Source: Eledone cirrhosa (lineage: Eukaryota). From it: a DNA stretch of 64,000 nucleotides. The first letter of the stretch is position 1. The number at the start of each line of letters is the position of its first letter. Made by a program: the position numbers and the translations under genes. Positions 35,062-51,172 of the stretch are shown one piece after another. Location: positions 496,001 through 560,000 of the forward strand of contig OZ024760.1 in assembly GCA_964016885.1 (NCBI GenBank), in the 5' to 3' direction. A model generated the notes under the pieces. The model was not told where the DNA came from and searched no databases. It saw only the letters and a program-made list of their open reading frames with translations.

Positions 35062-35730
35062 TAAACGGAAAAAATGAAACAAAATTTCATTTCCCACTCT
35101 TAGTACGGCCGTTACTTAAATATAAGTATGTACACGTACATACATATATGTATACAGACGTACAGTAGTATGTATATATATATACATACATGCACACATA
35201 TATATATGTACGTATGGATTCACCGAACATTTATTATAATGCTCGGTGCGTTTGTAAACAAACATCCCGTATTAAGCCGTAGTGTCTAGCAACCATCGTT
35301 GCTCGTTTGTTCAACACTGACAAAGGAACTAGTTTCAAGCTTATTAGCTATCGTCAGCAACGTATACCTTCCTGCCAGATTGTTGAACGTATATACTTAC
35401 CTTATGCATATTAACGGCTGAGTAGCCCAATTTGCATATCGAATGGGTTAATCGGCCGGGTGCACCGAAAACGATAAATGGAAAAAATGAAACGAAATTT
35501 AATTTCCCACTCTTAGTACGGCTGTTACTTTGTCAGTGTTGAACAAACGAGCAACGATGGTTGCTGGACACTACGGCTTAATACGGGATGTTTGTTTACA
35601 AACACACCGAGCATTATAATAAATGTTCGGTGAATCCATATGTACATATATATATGTGTGCATGTATGTATATATATATACATACTACTGTACCTCTGTA
35701 TACATATATGTATGTACGTGTACATACTTA
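35062..35730. mobile_element. Family E element: direct plus inverted duplication; hammerhead remnant on - strand at 35328-35372
   Basis: 35062-35117 matches 35478-35530; 35122-35323 is inverted at 35530-35730; homologous to 60220-60690. Confidence 0.7.
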
Positions 35731-35870
35731 TATATATATATATATATACTTATGTGAGAGAGAGGGGGGAAAGAGACAGTGTGAGGGAGAGCTGGTAAGT
35801 TAGGGCCTTATATGCTGCCACATATACCCGAAAAATCATGAACACACGCAATTATACACATGTCCATATT

Positions 35871-35963
<93 letters not shown>

Positions 35964-36009
35964 GCGTGCAGCGTTGTTGCAAATGGGATACATATGAATA
36001 AAATTAGAG

Positions 36010-36135
36010 CGAGAACGGCCGGAGCTCAGCCGTTGGGATCCTAACTCGTTTCCCTATTACCCACTCTACTACCCTAAGTATCGAGTACTCTGGTGCGTTA
36101 TGGTCCACCTGGTTTCTTACTACACTTTCTCTGTT
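36010..36135 (+). mobile_element. Family C 3' fragment
   Basis: Matches 51050-51175 and 60025-60157. Confidence 0.65.
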
Positions 36136-36154
36136 ATATATGTAGGGTTATACC

Positions 36155-36354
36155 CGTAGTAGTAGTTCCACAACAGTTAGTTCACCATTACCGCGAACAA
36201 TTGTTAAAACCTTATTCGGATCATCATTTCGAATAGGGGGAAACAATTGTTCTCAGAAATGGTGAACTAACTGTTGTGATACTACTTCTACCAAACTCGT
36301 CCCATGGACTGAGTGCTCTACTACTAGGTATATAACTTCCAGTGTTCTGCTATT

Positions 36355-36356
<2 letters not shown>
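36155..36356. repeat. Fold-back island (cacaacagttagttcaccatt / aatggtgaactaactgttgtg)
   Basis: Inverted arms 36165-36205 and 36241-36285; contains GAAA-caattg-T (hammerhead 3'-half-like). Confidence 0.6.
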
Positions 36357-36411
<55 letters not shown>

Positions 36412-36567
36412 AAAGAAGAAATTACAAGATGCTTAAAAGATGTGTATATATATATATTTTTTTTTCCCCACATTTTACGTTAACTATTTTTCCCATCTTG
36501 ACGCTATAGTCGCACATATGTTATGGAATACTGTTAGCTTCTCGCTACAACAATTTCTATACCTTTC

Positions 36568-36610
<43 letters not shown>

Positions 36611-36768
36611 TAAATATACACTGGTGTGTATGAATGCGTATAGAAGATTATATTAATAAAAGGAATTCCAACTTTGTCTGATTTACTCGTTTTATTTACA
36701 ATCCTTTAAAATTTATAATGGTATTAGAATGAAATAGTATGGTGGAATATTAAATGTTAAGTGTTAAT

Positions 36769-36807
36769 TGAACAAGTACTTTCATGCTTTCGCAATCTTC
36801 AGGTTCA
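36769..36807 (-). ncRNA. Minimal type-I hammerhead ribozyme (family I)
   Basis: Minus strand tgaac-CTGAAGA-t tgc gaaa gca t-GAAA-gtac-TT-gttca; fold-back at 36821-36867 on its 5' side. Confidence 0.75.
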
Positions 36808-37015
36808 TAATGTGTGGTGACAGTCAAGTTTGCAATTTTCAACAGTTGAAAATTGCAAACTTGACTGAAAATTGCAAACTATATATATATATATACACAC
36901 ACACATATTGACTAGTGCATGCACATACCCAGGTCTGTCTACCTAGCTACCAATTTAATTGTCTGTGGGTCTGTTGACAGTGCTTTTGCTTATATATATA
37001 TATATACACACGGGT

Positions 37016-37087
37016 GATGTGTTGGTGTAAATGGTAGTACAGTGGTCCGGATAACCAAAGATGTGGGTTCGATTCCCATGTACGTCA
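37016..37087 (+). other. tRNA-like sequence (pseudo-tRNA or SINE head) followed by a T-run
   Basis: Box A tggtgtaaatgg, box B ggttcgattcc; G:U-rich acceptor gatgtgt/gtacgtc; T7 at about 37095. Confidence 0.55.
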
Positions 37088-37482
37088 ATACTCATTTTTT
37101 TCCATTTCTCCGAGGGTTCTTAACCCCACTATCAGGCTAAATAATTTCTTTAATTTCTTTAGTCAAAATACGGCATTGTTTCGAAAATATTCTTACTTAA
37201 TATATATATATATAAATATATATATAAATTATTAGAAATGTAAGCTATCGCCGTATTTTGACTATAGAAATTAAAGAAATTATTTAGCCTGATAGTGGGG
37301 TTAAGAACCCTCGGAGAAATGGAAAAAGATGAGTATTGACGTACATCTTTTTCCATTTCTCCGAGGGTTCTTAACCCCACTATCAGGCTAAATAATTTCT
37401 TTAATTTCTTTAGTCAAAATACGGCGATAGCTTACATTTCTAATAATTTCAAACCCACTCGCCGTTTCGAAAATATTCTTAC
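37080..37482. mobile_element. Family D element: three alternating-orientation copies with hammerhead 3' half
   Basis: 37090-37174 (-), 37228-37346 (+), 37345-37480 (-); minus strand GAAA-cggcga...tcgccg-TA-ttttgac. Confidence 0.65.
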
Positions 37483-37796
37483 ATATATATATAAATATAT
37501 ATGTAATATTTATACTCAAAGAAACACACACAAATACATTATATATATATACACGTACGCACACGCACACACACACACACATATATATATATAATAAACT
37601 AGATTATATAATATACACATACATACACACACATATATACACTATATATATTTATATATATTTATATTTGTGTGTGCGTGTGAATGTGTATTATATACTC
37701 AACTTTATTATATATTGAATTACTTAATAATATATTTATGTGTGTGAATATATATATAAATATATATATATATGCAACCATAAATACATATAAGTC

Positions 37797-37832
<36 letters not shown>

Positions 37833-37975
37833 AATATATATAAATACATATATATATCTATATATATATACATATATATATATATATAAACATGAATACA
37901 TATATGTCTGTATATATACATACATAAGCATGCATATATATAGTAATGTGGTGTACGCACAACCAAACACGCACC

Positions 37976-38331
<356 letters not shown>

Positions 38332-38714
38332 GTTATCGTTGTACGCCTGTCAAAATATTTGAACACACATGTTACAAGTCTCTACATAACATACAAACGT
38401 GCTTTAACCAGTTGGCACATATGGTATACAGAACCCATCATAGCTGTCTTTCTCTCTTTGTCTTTTGTATAACACTCTCTCTCTCTCTCTCTCTCTCTTT
38501 CCCTCTCTCTCTGTCCCTATCTCTCTTCTTATCTCTTTCTCCCTATCTCTCTCTCCCTATCTCTCTCTCCCTATCTCCTTCCTTATTTCTCTCTCTCTCT
38601 CTTTCTATATATATATATATGTGTGTGTATGTATAGATATACACATATATATACACACATATATATATATATACACACAAACACACACACACATATATAT
38701 ATACATACACACAC

Positions 38715-38751
<37 letters not shown>

Positions 38752-39107
38752 CCTATATATGTATACATATGTATGCATACATATTTACATATATATACAT
38801 ATGTGTATGAGTTTATATATATATATATATATTAAGATGTATATATATTTATATTTATATATATGTATACAGATATATATCAGTACACATATACACACAC
38901 TCACTATATATACATACATCATATACATATATATATATAGTGTGTGTGTGTGTATGTATTAATGTTATGTATGCATTCGTCAGGCTTTTTCTAAATGTCT
39001 CACACGGGCGCATATTGCGACATCTGTGAGGACACATGCGTACCCAGAGTAATATAGACATGTATAAGTACCTGTATAAACATGCATATGCATACAGATA
39101 GACACAC

Positions 39108-39172
<65 letters not shown>

Positions 39173-39614
39173 ATATATATATTTATATATATATAATATA
39201 TATATATATATTTATATATATATAATATATATATAATATATATTTATATATATAATATATATATATTTATATATATATATATTTATATATACATATAGTT
39301 ATATATATATAATATATATATATATATTTATATATATATATATATAATATATATAATATATATATATATATAATATATATAATATATATAATATATATAA
39401 TATATATAATATATATAATATATATAATATTTATATATATATTTATATATATATATAATATATATATATATATTTATATATATATATATTTATAATATAT
39501 ATATATATTTATAATATATATATATATATATATTTATAATATATATATATTTATATATATATAATATATATATATTTATAATAAATATATACATATATAT
39601 TTATATATATATAA

Positions 39615-39664
<50 letters not shown>

Positions 39665-39668
39665 CATA

Positions 39669-39762
<94 letters not shown>

Positions 39763-40299
39763 AATATATATATATATATATATTGTATCCCTATATACAT
39801 GCACACACACATACATTCAGAGATACATATATAAATACATACATACATATTTGCACTTGCTCATGCATAGACAGAGCTTAATTCACAGTGTTCAATATTT
39901 CATAGCAACATGATACAGCCTTAAGAATCTCCAGAACTGAATCCAATCCCATGAACAAATCAATAGATTATTCATCAATACCCATCCAAATTTTCCTCAC
40001 CTTTTCAAATGTTTGTCTAGAGATCGAACACCTTGAACACGCATCATCTTCATCGATTTTCCAATGCCGTCTTTGACACTCACTTGGCATTTGCAAACAT
40101 ACACCTAAAGAATTCTGACTCAAAAGCTTTACGATAAACTTGAGGTTTCCAGTAGAATATTTGTGAACTATCTGCAAACATTTATATATGTCTATATGTA
40201 AGGATGGACCCGTGACTCCTGTGGAAGTCTTTGTGGCACTATATTTGATATACGGCGTTTCTAGGGCATTTTAAGAAAAAACTGGTGGAGCCCATCCCC

Positions 40300-41010
40300 T
40301 CTCTAGGTCTGGATACATTTCTTCCGGAGAAGGATAGAGAAAATGAGAAAGGAAATGGGAAAGGGATACAGAAATACAGAAGAAGAATCCACGCCAGTAC
40401 GACACTGGTACATTTTTATCGATCTTAAATGGAGGAAATGCAAAGTTGACCTCGGTGGGATTTGAACTCAGCGAGCAGAGAGTTGGAACGAATGCTACAA
40501 AGCATTCTATCCGAGATTCTAACGACTCTGCTAACTATTGACCTGTCCGACAGCGAGATTTGCAATAGTCTTTGGCTGTGTGTGAGAGACGTCTTCTCTT
40601 GTGAAAATGGGTATAACTTTCTTCGTTATGTAAAATCTCCCCATTTTGCCTCATTTCTCCCCGTTTTGGGAACCTTTTCCCTTGGTACTCCCCGTTTGAG
40701 TATTTAGAGATTGGCAGGTCTGCAATTAGCCACCTATTCTACACGGGGACTTCTATAATATAACATTTACAGTCATGTGGTTTAACTGCAGTATCTAGTT
40801 TTGATGGTGTGGGTAAAAATTTGTTTCCGAAAAAAAAAACCAGCCTTCCGATCTTACAGACTTCTTCCGGAGAAAGATACCGAATAAGAGAAAGGAAGTG
40901 AGAAAAAGATATAGAAGAAAAATCCACCCCAGTGGCTAGTCTGGTACATTTTATCGATCTTAAATGGATGAAAAACAAAGTTGACCTCGGTGGGTTCTGA
41001 ACTCAGAGTC
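40300..41010 (-). mobile_element. Two old diverged SINE copies (about 40300-40515 and 40850-41008)
   Basis: Shared cttccggaga...ctggtacattttatcgatcttaaatgga...aaagttgacctcggtggg..tgaactcag; related to the SINE at 41162. Confidence 0.55.
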
Positions 41011-41106
41011 GAAAAACCCAGCCCACCGATCTTACTTTTTCCAATTCACTCTTTGACTTTTCCTTCTCCAAACTTTTTTCATTTTTATCTTTTTTTCTGA
41101 CTTTTG

Positions 41107-41154
<48 letters not shown>

Positions 41155-41161
41155 GATGGAT

Positions 41162-41355
41162 TGGCGGTGCATTGGCAGTATCGGTAGAGCGTCAGACACC
41201 ATGCTTTGCAGCATAGAGTTATAGCCCTTTATATTCTGAGCCCAACTCCCGCCGAGGTTAACTTTGCCTTTCATCCTTACTGGGTCGATAAAATAAAGTA
41301 CCAGTAATCTACTGGGTGATTGCTGGCCTTGTGCCAATAGTAGAAACACTTATTA
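41162..41355 (+). mobile_element. tRNA-derived SINE (Meta/MESC-like core) next to (TTA)n
   Basis: tggcagtatcggtagagc head; gcctttcatccttac.gggtcgataaaataaagtaccag core. Confidence 0.7.
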
Positions 41356-41412
41356 TATCTAATAATCTCATTATTGTATACAATGAAGGTGGAAACAGAC
41401 ATATATTAATGA

Positions 41413-41565
41413 AATAATTGTTTCTACTTTAGGCACAAGGCCATCAATAACCCAGTACATTACTGGTACTTTATTTTATCGACCCCGTAAGGATGAAAGG
41501 CAAAGTTAACCTCGGCGGGATTTGAACTCAGACCGCAAAGGGACGTAAGTATGCTGGAAAGCACT
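41413..41565 (-). mobile_element. Same SINE family, inverted, 5'-truncated
   Basis: Reverse complement of the core and tail. Confidence 0.7.
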
Positions 41566-42049
41566 CCTTATCATAATCTTTGCCCATCTAAATGAGCTCT
41601 TCTGTATGCCCCGAATAATCATCCGAGAAGGTTAAACTGTGCGACGAAAGACACAGATATTAGTTAATTGATGGACAAAACCAAAAAGAGTTCCTGTATT
41701 CATACAGTCAGATTAATGAAAGGAATCATCCAATGGATGTGTGACTGTGGTAGGGGATATATGACTCTGATAGAGGAAATTATGTAGGCATGTATGTATA
41801 TATACACGTGAATACTCAGAATTCCAAACCAAGGACTAAATACGCATAAATATAATATGTGTCTGGGTATCTAGATATGTACCTACCGATCTATCTGTCT
41901 ATATATATTTATGTGTAGGTGTCTGTGTGTCTGTGAAATTATTTATATATATATATATAAGTGTATATGTGGGTGTGCGTGTGCATATGTATATTTGTTC
42001 ACAAACAAACACACACATATATAAATACATATATATATGTATATATGTA

Positions 42050-42080
<31 letters not shown>

Positions 42081-42095
42081 GTATATATGTATATA

Positions 42096-42151
<56 letters not shown>

Positions 42152-42184
42152 TATATACATATATATATGTATATATATATATAC

Positions 42185-42219
<35 letters not shown>

Positions 42220-42306
42220 CATATATATACACATATATATATACACATATATATACATATATATATACATATATATATACATATATATATATACATATAT
42301 ATATAC

Positions 42307-42337
<31 letters not shown>

Positions 42338-42351
42338 CATGTATGAATTTG

Positions 42352-42562
42352 TCGATCGACTTTCGTCAAATTGGACCGAGGAAACAATGTTTCCGTTGGT
42401 CTTCCCAATTGCTAATACAATCTATGGGTCGCAACTCCAGGTAGAAGGAGCAACGTGAAATAAAGTGTCTTGCTCAAGGACATAACGCATCGCCCGGTTC
42501 AGGAATCGAACTCACGATTGGGAATCCAATTCTCTAACCAATCAACCACACGCCTTCACATG
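42352..42562 (-). mobile_element. Second tRNA-derived SINE family (CORE/V-like tgtccttgagcaagacacttta domain)
   Basis: Minus strand gtggtt..ttggttagag ... gagttcgattcc; copies at 48055 and 63459. Confidence 0.7.
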
Positions 42563-42573
42563 TGTATAAATAA

Positions 42574-42650
<77 letters not shown>

Positions 42651-43175
42651 AACAAAAGGGATATATTGAGTATATATATAAATAAATGTATACATATATG
42701 GATAAATGTATATATATATACACACACACACACACATATATATATATAAATATAGACATATATATATATAAAACATATATATATATATATATATGTGTGT
42801 ATATGTATATATATATAAATGTATATATATATAAAAACATATATATATGTGTGTGTATATGTATATATATAAATGTATATATATATATAAAAACATATAT
42901 ATATATGTGTGTGTATATGTATATATATATATAAATGTATATATATATATATAAAAACATATATATATATGTGTGTATATGTATATATATATAAATGTAT
43001 ATATATATATATAAAAACATATATATATATGTGTGTGTATATGTATATATATATATAAATATATATACGAACTTTCATAAAGGCAAACACACTTCTCTAA
43101 CACAGTCACATCAACAAGACATGTCTAGCAGGAAATATATAAACAAGATCCATCACACTATAAGTAAAACATGCG

Positions 43176-43208
<33 letters not shown>

Positions 43209-43283
43209 ATATGCATATGTGTGTTCTATAAATATATATATATATATATGTTTATACATGTATATATATATATATCTGTTATA

Positions 43284-43322
<39 letters not shown>

Positions 43323-43404
43323 CTGTTATATAAATATATATATACATATATGTTATGTATATCTATATATATATATATATATATATATACGTTATCTTAT
43401 ATAA

Positions 43405-43462
<58 letters not shown>

Positions 43463-43484
43463 TATACGTTATCTTATATAAATG

Positions 43485-43523
<39 letters not shown>

Positions 43524-43818
43524 ATTGACATACGTTATGTTATATATACTTATTATATTATATTATATATATCGTCATAAATATATAATATGTATCATGT
43601 TATGCATATATAATTTATATTATATATACTATATATATACATATATACCTAATGTATATTATGTTACATTTACACTTTATATTATATATACATTATATAT
43701 AAATATATTTATGTATTTGCTATATATATACATATATGGCGAATGCATAAATATATTTATATATAATGTATATATATAATATAAAATGTAAATGTATATA
43801 TATGTCTGTGTATGTGTG

Positions 43819-43877
<59 letters not shown>

Positions 43878-44569
43878 ATATATATTATACATGGTATAGA
43901 AGATGTAATCAGCCGAAACTACCCGTGCTCACGATCGATCCTCTATATACACTAATAATATATTATACATATTATATATATGTATATATATGTATCATCT
44001 TGTGTATATATAGGAAATATATGTACATTATATTTTATATATATATGTATATATATTATAGATATATACATTATATACATAATTATTCATATATCTTCTT
44101 GTATAAGAATATGTACACATATATGTGTATATATGTATATATATACACACACACATATATATATATCATATATAAGGTACATCATATATTTTTATACTTA
44201 AAATGTATTTCATTTATATGTGTGTGTATGTATATCTGTGTATATATATATAATATACAATGTACATATATATATATCATATATATAAATCTATTTGGTA
44301 TATATGTGTATATGTATTATAAATATAGACATTATGTATATAATTATTCATATATCTTTCTGTATATGAATACACATACACACACACACATATATATATT
44401 ACACACATATATATGTAATATATATGTAATATATATATATATGTATATATATTACATATATATATATATCTATATTACTCACACACACATATATATATAT
44501 ATGTATACATACATATATATATGTACATATATACTATATTTTATATATATATATATATATGAAGATATA

Positions 44570-44633
44570 TATATAATCTATCTACCTATCTATATATATT
44601 ATATATATCTATATGTATATATAGATATATATA

Positions 44634-44707
<74 letters not shown>

Positions 44708-44810
44708 ATCTATCTATCTATATCTATCTATCTATCTATATCTATCTATTTATATCTATCTATTTATTTATTTGATATATCTATCTATTTATCTATATCT
44801 ATCTATCTCT
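44570..44810. repeat. (TATC)n microsatellite
   Basis: Direct inspection. Confidence 0.9.
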
Positions 44811-44815
44811 ATATA

Positions 44816-45105
<290 letters not shown>

Positions 45106-45206
45106 GTATATATATATATGTGTGTGTGTAGAGAGAGAGAGAGAGAAATAGATGGATAAATAAATATGGAATGATGAAGGAATTTCTGTAGATTTGAAAG
45201 CAGGCA

Positions 45207-45296
<90 letters not shown>

Positions 45297-45516
45297 AATG
45301 CCAGTTTCACATATTATTACAAATACGTAAGTATTGAACATTCCACGTTATCAGCTGTCAACGGTAGAGTACCATATTTTAGAAAGTGTGTGTGTGAACA
45401 TGTTTGTGTGTGTGTTAATACAGACAGAGGAATATATATATATGTATATGTATATATAAGTATATATAGATATATGTATATATGTCTATATATATATATG
45501 TGTGTGTGTGTGTAAC

Positions 45517-45612
<96 letters not shown>

Positions 45613-46058
45613 AGTATATATAGATATATGTATATATATATGTGTGTGTAACTATATATATATGTATATATATATATGTGTGTGTGTGTGTAACTATATA
45701 TATATGTATATATATATATACATATATATGTATGTATAGATATTGTTATATATATATGTAATATGTTTATATGTGTATATATATATATGTATATATACAT
45801 ATATATTTATGTATGTATATATATGTATATATAAATACATATATATATATGTATTTATATATATGTATATATAGATGTATATATATATGTATATATATAC
45901 ATACTTATATGTATATATGTAATCATATATATATATATATGGATGTATATATATATATATGTATATATACATATATACATTTTTATGTGTATATATAGAG
46001 GTATGTCTATATATATATGTGCGTATATATATATATACATATATGTATATATATATAT

Positions 46059-46089
<31 letters not shown>

Positions 46090-46090
46090 C

Positions 46091-46122
<32 letters not shown>

Positions 46123-46254
46123 ACATATATACATATATATATATATGTATATATGTATATGTATATATATACATATATTCGTATATATATAAATATATAT
46201 ATGTATATGTATATACACATATATATATATATATATATTTGTATATATTATATG

Positions 46255-46288
<34 letters not shown>

Positions 46289-46298
46289 CATATATTCG

Positions 46299-46378
<80 letters not shown>

Positions 46379-47043
46379 TATATACATATATGTGTGTGTC
46401 TGTCTGTCGAGCTATGCATTGTATATATTGTATATATGAGAAAATGTATATTATTTATACAGGCTGCAAAATCTACGTAGATACATAAATATGTACAGAT
46501 GTGGAAAAATTTGTATGTAAGATAGCGTATTATATATATATATATATATGAATGTATATATATAAATGCTTATTTATATTCACATATAATTTATTGCTTA
46601 AGGGTTCTTACTTGTATTTATACACATTAATATATTTATATATACATGCATATTTGTGTATATGTGTACGTGTATAAAAATGCGTTCGTATATAAGTGTG
46701 TGTGTGTATATATATGTGTGTGTGTGTGTAGGTGAGTGTGTGTGTGTATATATATATGTGTGTGTGTTTATATATATATGTGTGTGAACGTGTGTGTGTG
46801 TATATATATGTGTATATATGTGTACGTGTGTGTGTATATATATATGTGTGTGTATATGTGTACGTGTGTGTATATATATATATGTGTGTGTGTACGTGTA
46901 CACGTGTGTGTGTGTATTTGTGTCTGTGAGTATGTATAGAAGTTTATCATACCCTTACTCGCAGCGAAAGTAAACATTCGTTAAATGCATATACATATGT
47001 ATAAAATACTTAAGTGAAGCATGTAAATAGAAGTCTGTTTATG

Positions 47044-47116
<73 letters not shown>

Positions 47117-47226
47117 GTGTGTGTGTGTGTGTGTGTGTATTATATATATGTATATATATATATATACATATATTTATATATGGCGTGTCTGTACACATAT
47201 ATGCACAGATGTGACGACATAAAAGA

Positions 47227-47284
<58 letters not shown>

Positions 47285-47352
47285 TATAATGCCTGTATAA
47301 AATATATCAGCCATTAGACATTGTTTATACTGTGCATACATATACAGATATT

Positions 47353-47408
<56 letters not shown>

Positions 47409-47510
47409 CACACACACACACACACTCATATTTATATATGCCAACACATGTTTCTGTAATTATAATAGAAGTGCAGACTATGTAGATGTTGTGTACAGAC
47501 TTCTAAAAGC

Positions 47511-47549
<39 letters not shown>

Positions 47550-47571
47550 TATATGTATATATATATGTGTA

Positions 47572-47649
<78 letters not shown>

Positions 47650-47696
47650 TATTTTATAGACACGCACATACATATATATATAAATCTGTGTGTGTA

Positions 47697-47733
<37 letters not shown>

Positions 47734-47952
47734 ATACACACATACATATATATAAATCTGTGTGTGTATACTATATATATATATATATGAGTGTGTGTTT
47801 ATATACTATATATATATATACGTGTGTGTGTATTAGTATAGATTAAAGTTTACGTAAAGAATCGCTAAATCTTCTCTCTATATATATATTTATAATTCTT
47901 ATCGAGCCCTCCTCTGATCTTCATCATTTTATATATATTTATAGAGAGAGAG

Positions 47953-48003
<51 letters not shown>

Positions 48004-48054
48004 GAGAGAGTGAGAGTGAGAGAGAGAGAGAGAGAGAGCGGGGGGGGGAGACAC

Positions 48055-48270
48055 AATGCATCACCCAATCCGGGAATCGAACTCACAACCCTACGATTGC
48101 GAATCCAATTCTCTAACCACACGGCTTCACATGCATTATGTCCTTGAGCAAGACACTTTATTTCACGTTGCTCCTTCTACCTGGAGTTGCGACCGATAGA
48201 TAGTATTAGCAATTGGAAAGACCAACGGAAACATTGTTTCCTCGGTCCGATTAGACGAAGGTCGATCGTT
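48055..48270. mobile_element. SINE with tRNA head inverted relative to body
   Basis: Head on - strand (48056-48133), body on + strand (48131-48270); atgcat at both breakpoints. Confidence 0.75.
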
Positions 48271-48326
48271 GCTTTCTATATATATATATATATAAATATA
48301 TATATATATTGTTTTAATATAGATGA

Positions 48327-48375
48327 GATTCTACAGGACTAGAACTGTTTCATGCTTTAGAAATCATCAGGAATC
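48327..48375 (-). ncRNA. Hammerhead ribozyme (family B, inverted copy)
   Basis: gattc-CTGATGA-tttctaaagcat-GAAA-cag..ctg-TA-gaatc; stem II weakened. Confidence 0.6.
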
Positions 48376-48380
48376 TCAGG

Positions 48381-48429
48381 GATTCCTGATGATTTCTAAA
48401 GAATGAAACAGTTCTAGTCCTGTAGAATC
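48381..48429 (+). ncRNA. Type-I hammerhead ribozyme (family B)
   Basis: gattc-CTGATGA-t ttc taaa gaa t-GAAA-cag ttctagtc ctg-TA-gaatc. Confidence 0.78.
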
Positions 48430-48511
48430 TCATCTATATTAAAACTTTTATACTCTGCTATGTATTGAGTACCTTACTTACTGTGGTTACCTCCGATTCA
48501 ACCCGGAATAA

Positions 48512-48577
<66 letters not shown>

Positions 48578-49285
48578 CATTGTACATAGATATATTTATA
48601 TATATATATACATATATATTTAAATACATGCACATATATATTTAAATACATATATATATATTAATATTATATACTTTATATATATACATCTGAACGTTTG
48701 TTTGAGTGTGTATTCATTAGGTTTTAATTTTGGTGTATATTTATTATACGTCTAAACATCCTCACACACGCATATACATGTTAACATACATATTAACATA
48801 TATATGCCAGTATGAAAGATATACATTATATAAATGTAACTATAAATGTGTCTGTGTGTGTGTGTGTTTATATATATATATATGTACGTATATATATATA
48901 CATGTATATATATATATTTATATTAATTTATATATACATATTTATATTTATTTATAGATATATATTTATATTTATATATATATACATATATATGTATGTG
49001 TATACATATATTTATATATATATATGTATATATATATTTATATATGTATATAATATATGTATATATATATATTTATATTTATATATATATGTATATATAT
49101 TTATATATATATATGTATATGTATATTTTAATATATATGTATATATATATATATATTTATACTTATATATATATGTATATATATTTATATATATATGTAT
49201 ATGTATATGTATATATATATAATTATATTTATATATGTATGTATATATATTTATATATATATGTATATATGTATATATATATATG

Positions 49286-49316
<31 letters not shown>

Positions 49317-49395
49317 GTAAATATATATATGTATATATAAATGTATATATATATATATATATATGTATGTATATATATATATATATATTTGTATG

Positions 49396-49463
<68 letters not shown>

Positions 49464-49494
49464 CATGTATGTATATATATATATATATATATAA

Positions 49495-49530
<36 letters not shown>

Positions 49531-49628
49531 CGTCGTTGGAATATGTATATTTTATGTTATACTTCGCTATACATTATATCATTGTATATATACATACTCG
49601 CGCTGCTGTATATACACACTCACACACA

Positions 49629-49730
<102 letters not shown>

Positions 49731-49829
49731 TATATGTGTTGGTTTATCCCTATGTGGTTGTCTCCTGTATGAACGAAGTACCCATTACCGAATTATAATC
49801 TTAATATTCGTTTGCGTCAAGGTTAAAAA

Positions 49830-50138
49830 GTGAGTCTTTTTACTCTGGAATTTTGTCTGAGATAATCTTGCGACAAACCCTCTCCAGTTGATGTTGAGAA
49901 TGGTGTAGAGTTAGCACTGGTGGAAATGCTGGGGGAGTCGAATCTGGTAGCGATAATTGACCCACCTCTCCAAGCCATATAGGAAAGCGGGAAGGACTAT
50001 GGTTTCGTACAGTCTGAACTGGGTACCCTTCTTCAGTGATTATTGTCCCCTGCCAAAGACACTGCTCGCCTTTCTCATTCCGTTGCTGATTTCCCTGTCA
50101 ATCTTGGCATATGATGGTGCACCCCACATCAGCGAACT
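49830..50138 (-). pseudogene. RTE LINE reverse-transcriptase C-terminal remnant
   Basis: Minus-strand translation RKASSVFGR...LYETIVLPAFLYGLERW...FHQC*LYTILNINW. Confidence 0.6.
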
Positions 50139-50322
50139 AATATATATATATATATATATATATAACTGCTCTGTAAAACACCTGATGTTATTACATTGAG
50201 CTATTTATTTTACTGGTAATAAGGTAGTAATATATTACTGCCTATCACTATTTAGGGTTTGAAAAAATATATATAACTACGAAAGGATTTTATATATGCA
50301 TAACCATAAATAGTATCCTTAA

Positions 50323-50370
<48 letters not shown>

Positions 50371-50683
50371 ATAATAATATATGAATGTGTGTGTGTATGC
50401 ATTATTTTTTATTTTGGTCTATATTTGTTATACATCCAAACACGCCCTCACACACGCATGTAAGTCACTATGAATGTATATACGTATATATATATATATA
50501 TATATATATATACGTTGAGGGTGAAAGCACCGATTCTTTGCGTAAACTTCAATCTGTTATTTTAATAAATAGTTGCTCTACGGTTCTTATATATTTGATA
50601 TATTTATCCTTATCGATCCATCTTTGGATTTTAGTCTTCAAATTGATTACTATGATTACTATAATATGTATATATATATATAT

Positions 50684-50746
<63 letters not shown>

Positions 50747-50769
50747 TATATATAATATATATATATAAT

Positions 50770-50895
<126 letters not shown>

Positions 50896-50993
50896 TATAA
50901 TATATATATATATATATGATATATATATATAATATATATATATATATAATATATATATATATATGATATATATATATATATAATATATATATA

Positions 50994-51172
50994 GTAGGAA
51001 AATGTATGACCCCGACAGCAGAGCTCAAGCTGTTTCGACGGCTATAGCCATCGAAACGGCTTGAGCTCTGCCGTCGGGGTCATACATTTTCCTATTACCC
51101 ACTCTACTACCCCAAGTATTGAGTACTCTGGTGCGTTATGGTCCATCTGGTTCCTTACCACAACTCCTTCGT

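Larger units (their letters stand above)
48311..48513 (+). mobile_element. Family B hammerhead element with 5' fold-back
   Basis: Palindrome 48311-48446; tail to ...gattcaacccggaataac(TA)n. Confidence 0.8.

Noticed and set aside
37016-37087. Functional tRNA-Ser(GGA)
   Set aside because: Many G:U pairs and mismatches, non-canonical anticodon loop, no long variable arm, embedded in a repeat
39930-40180. Possible coding remnant (CQRRHWKIDEDDAC)
   Set aside because: Short, contains stops, and matches no family I can recognise
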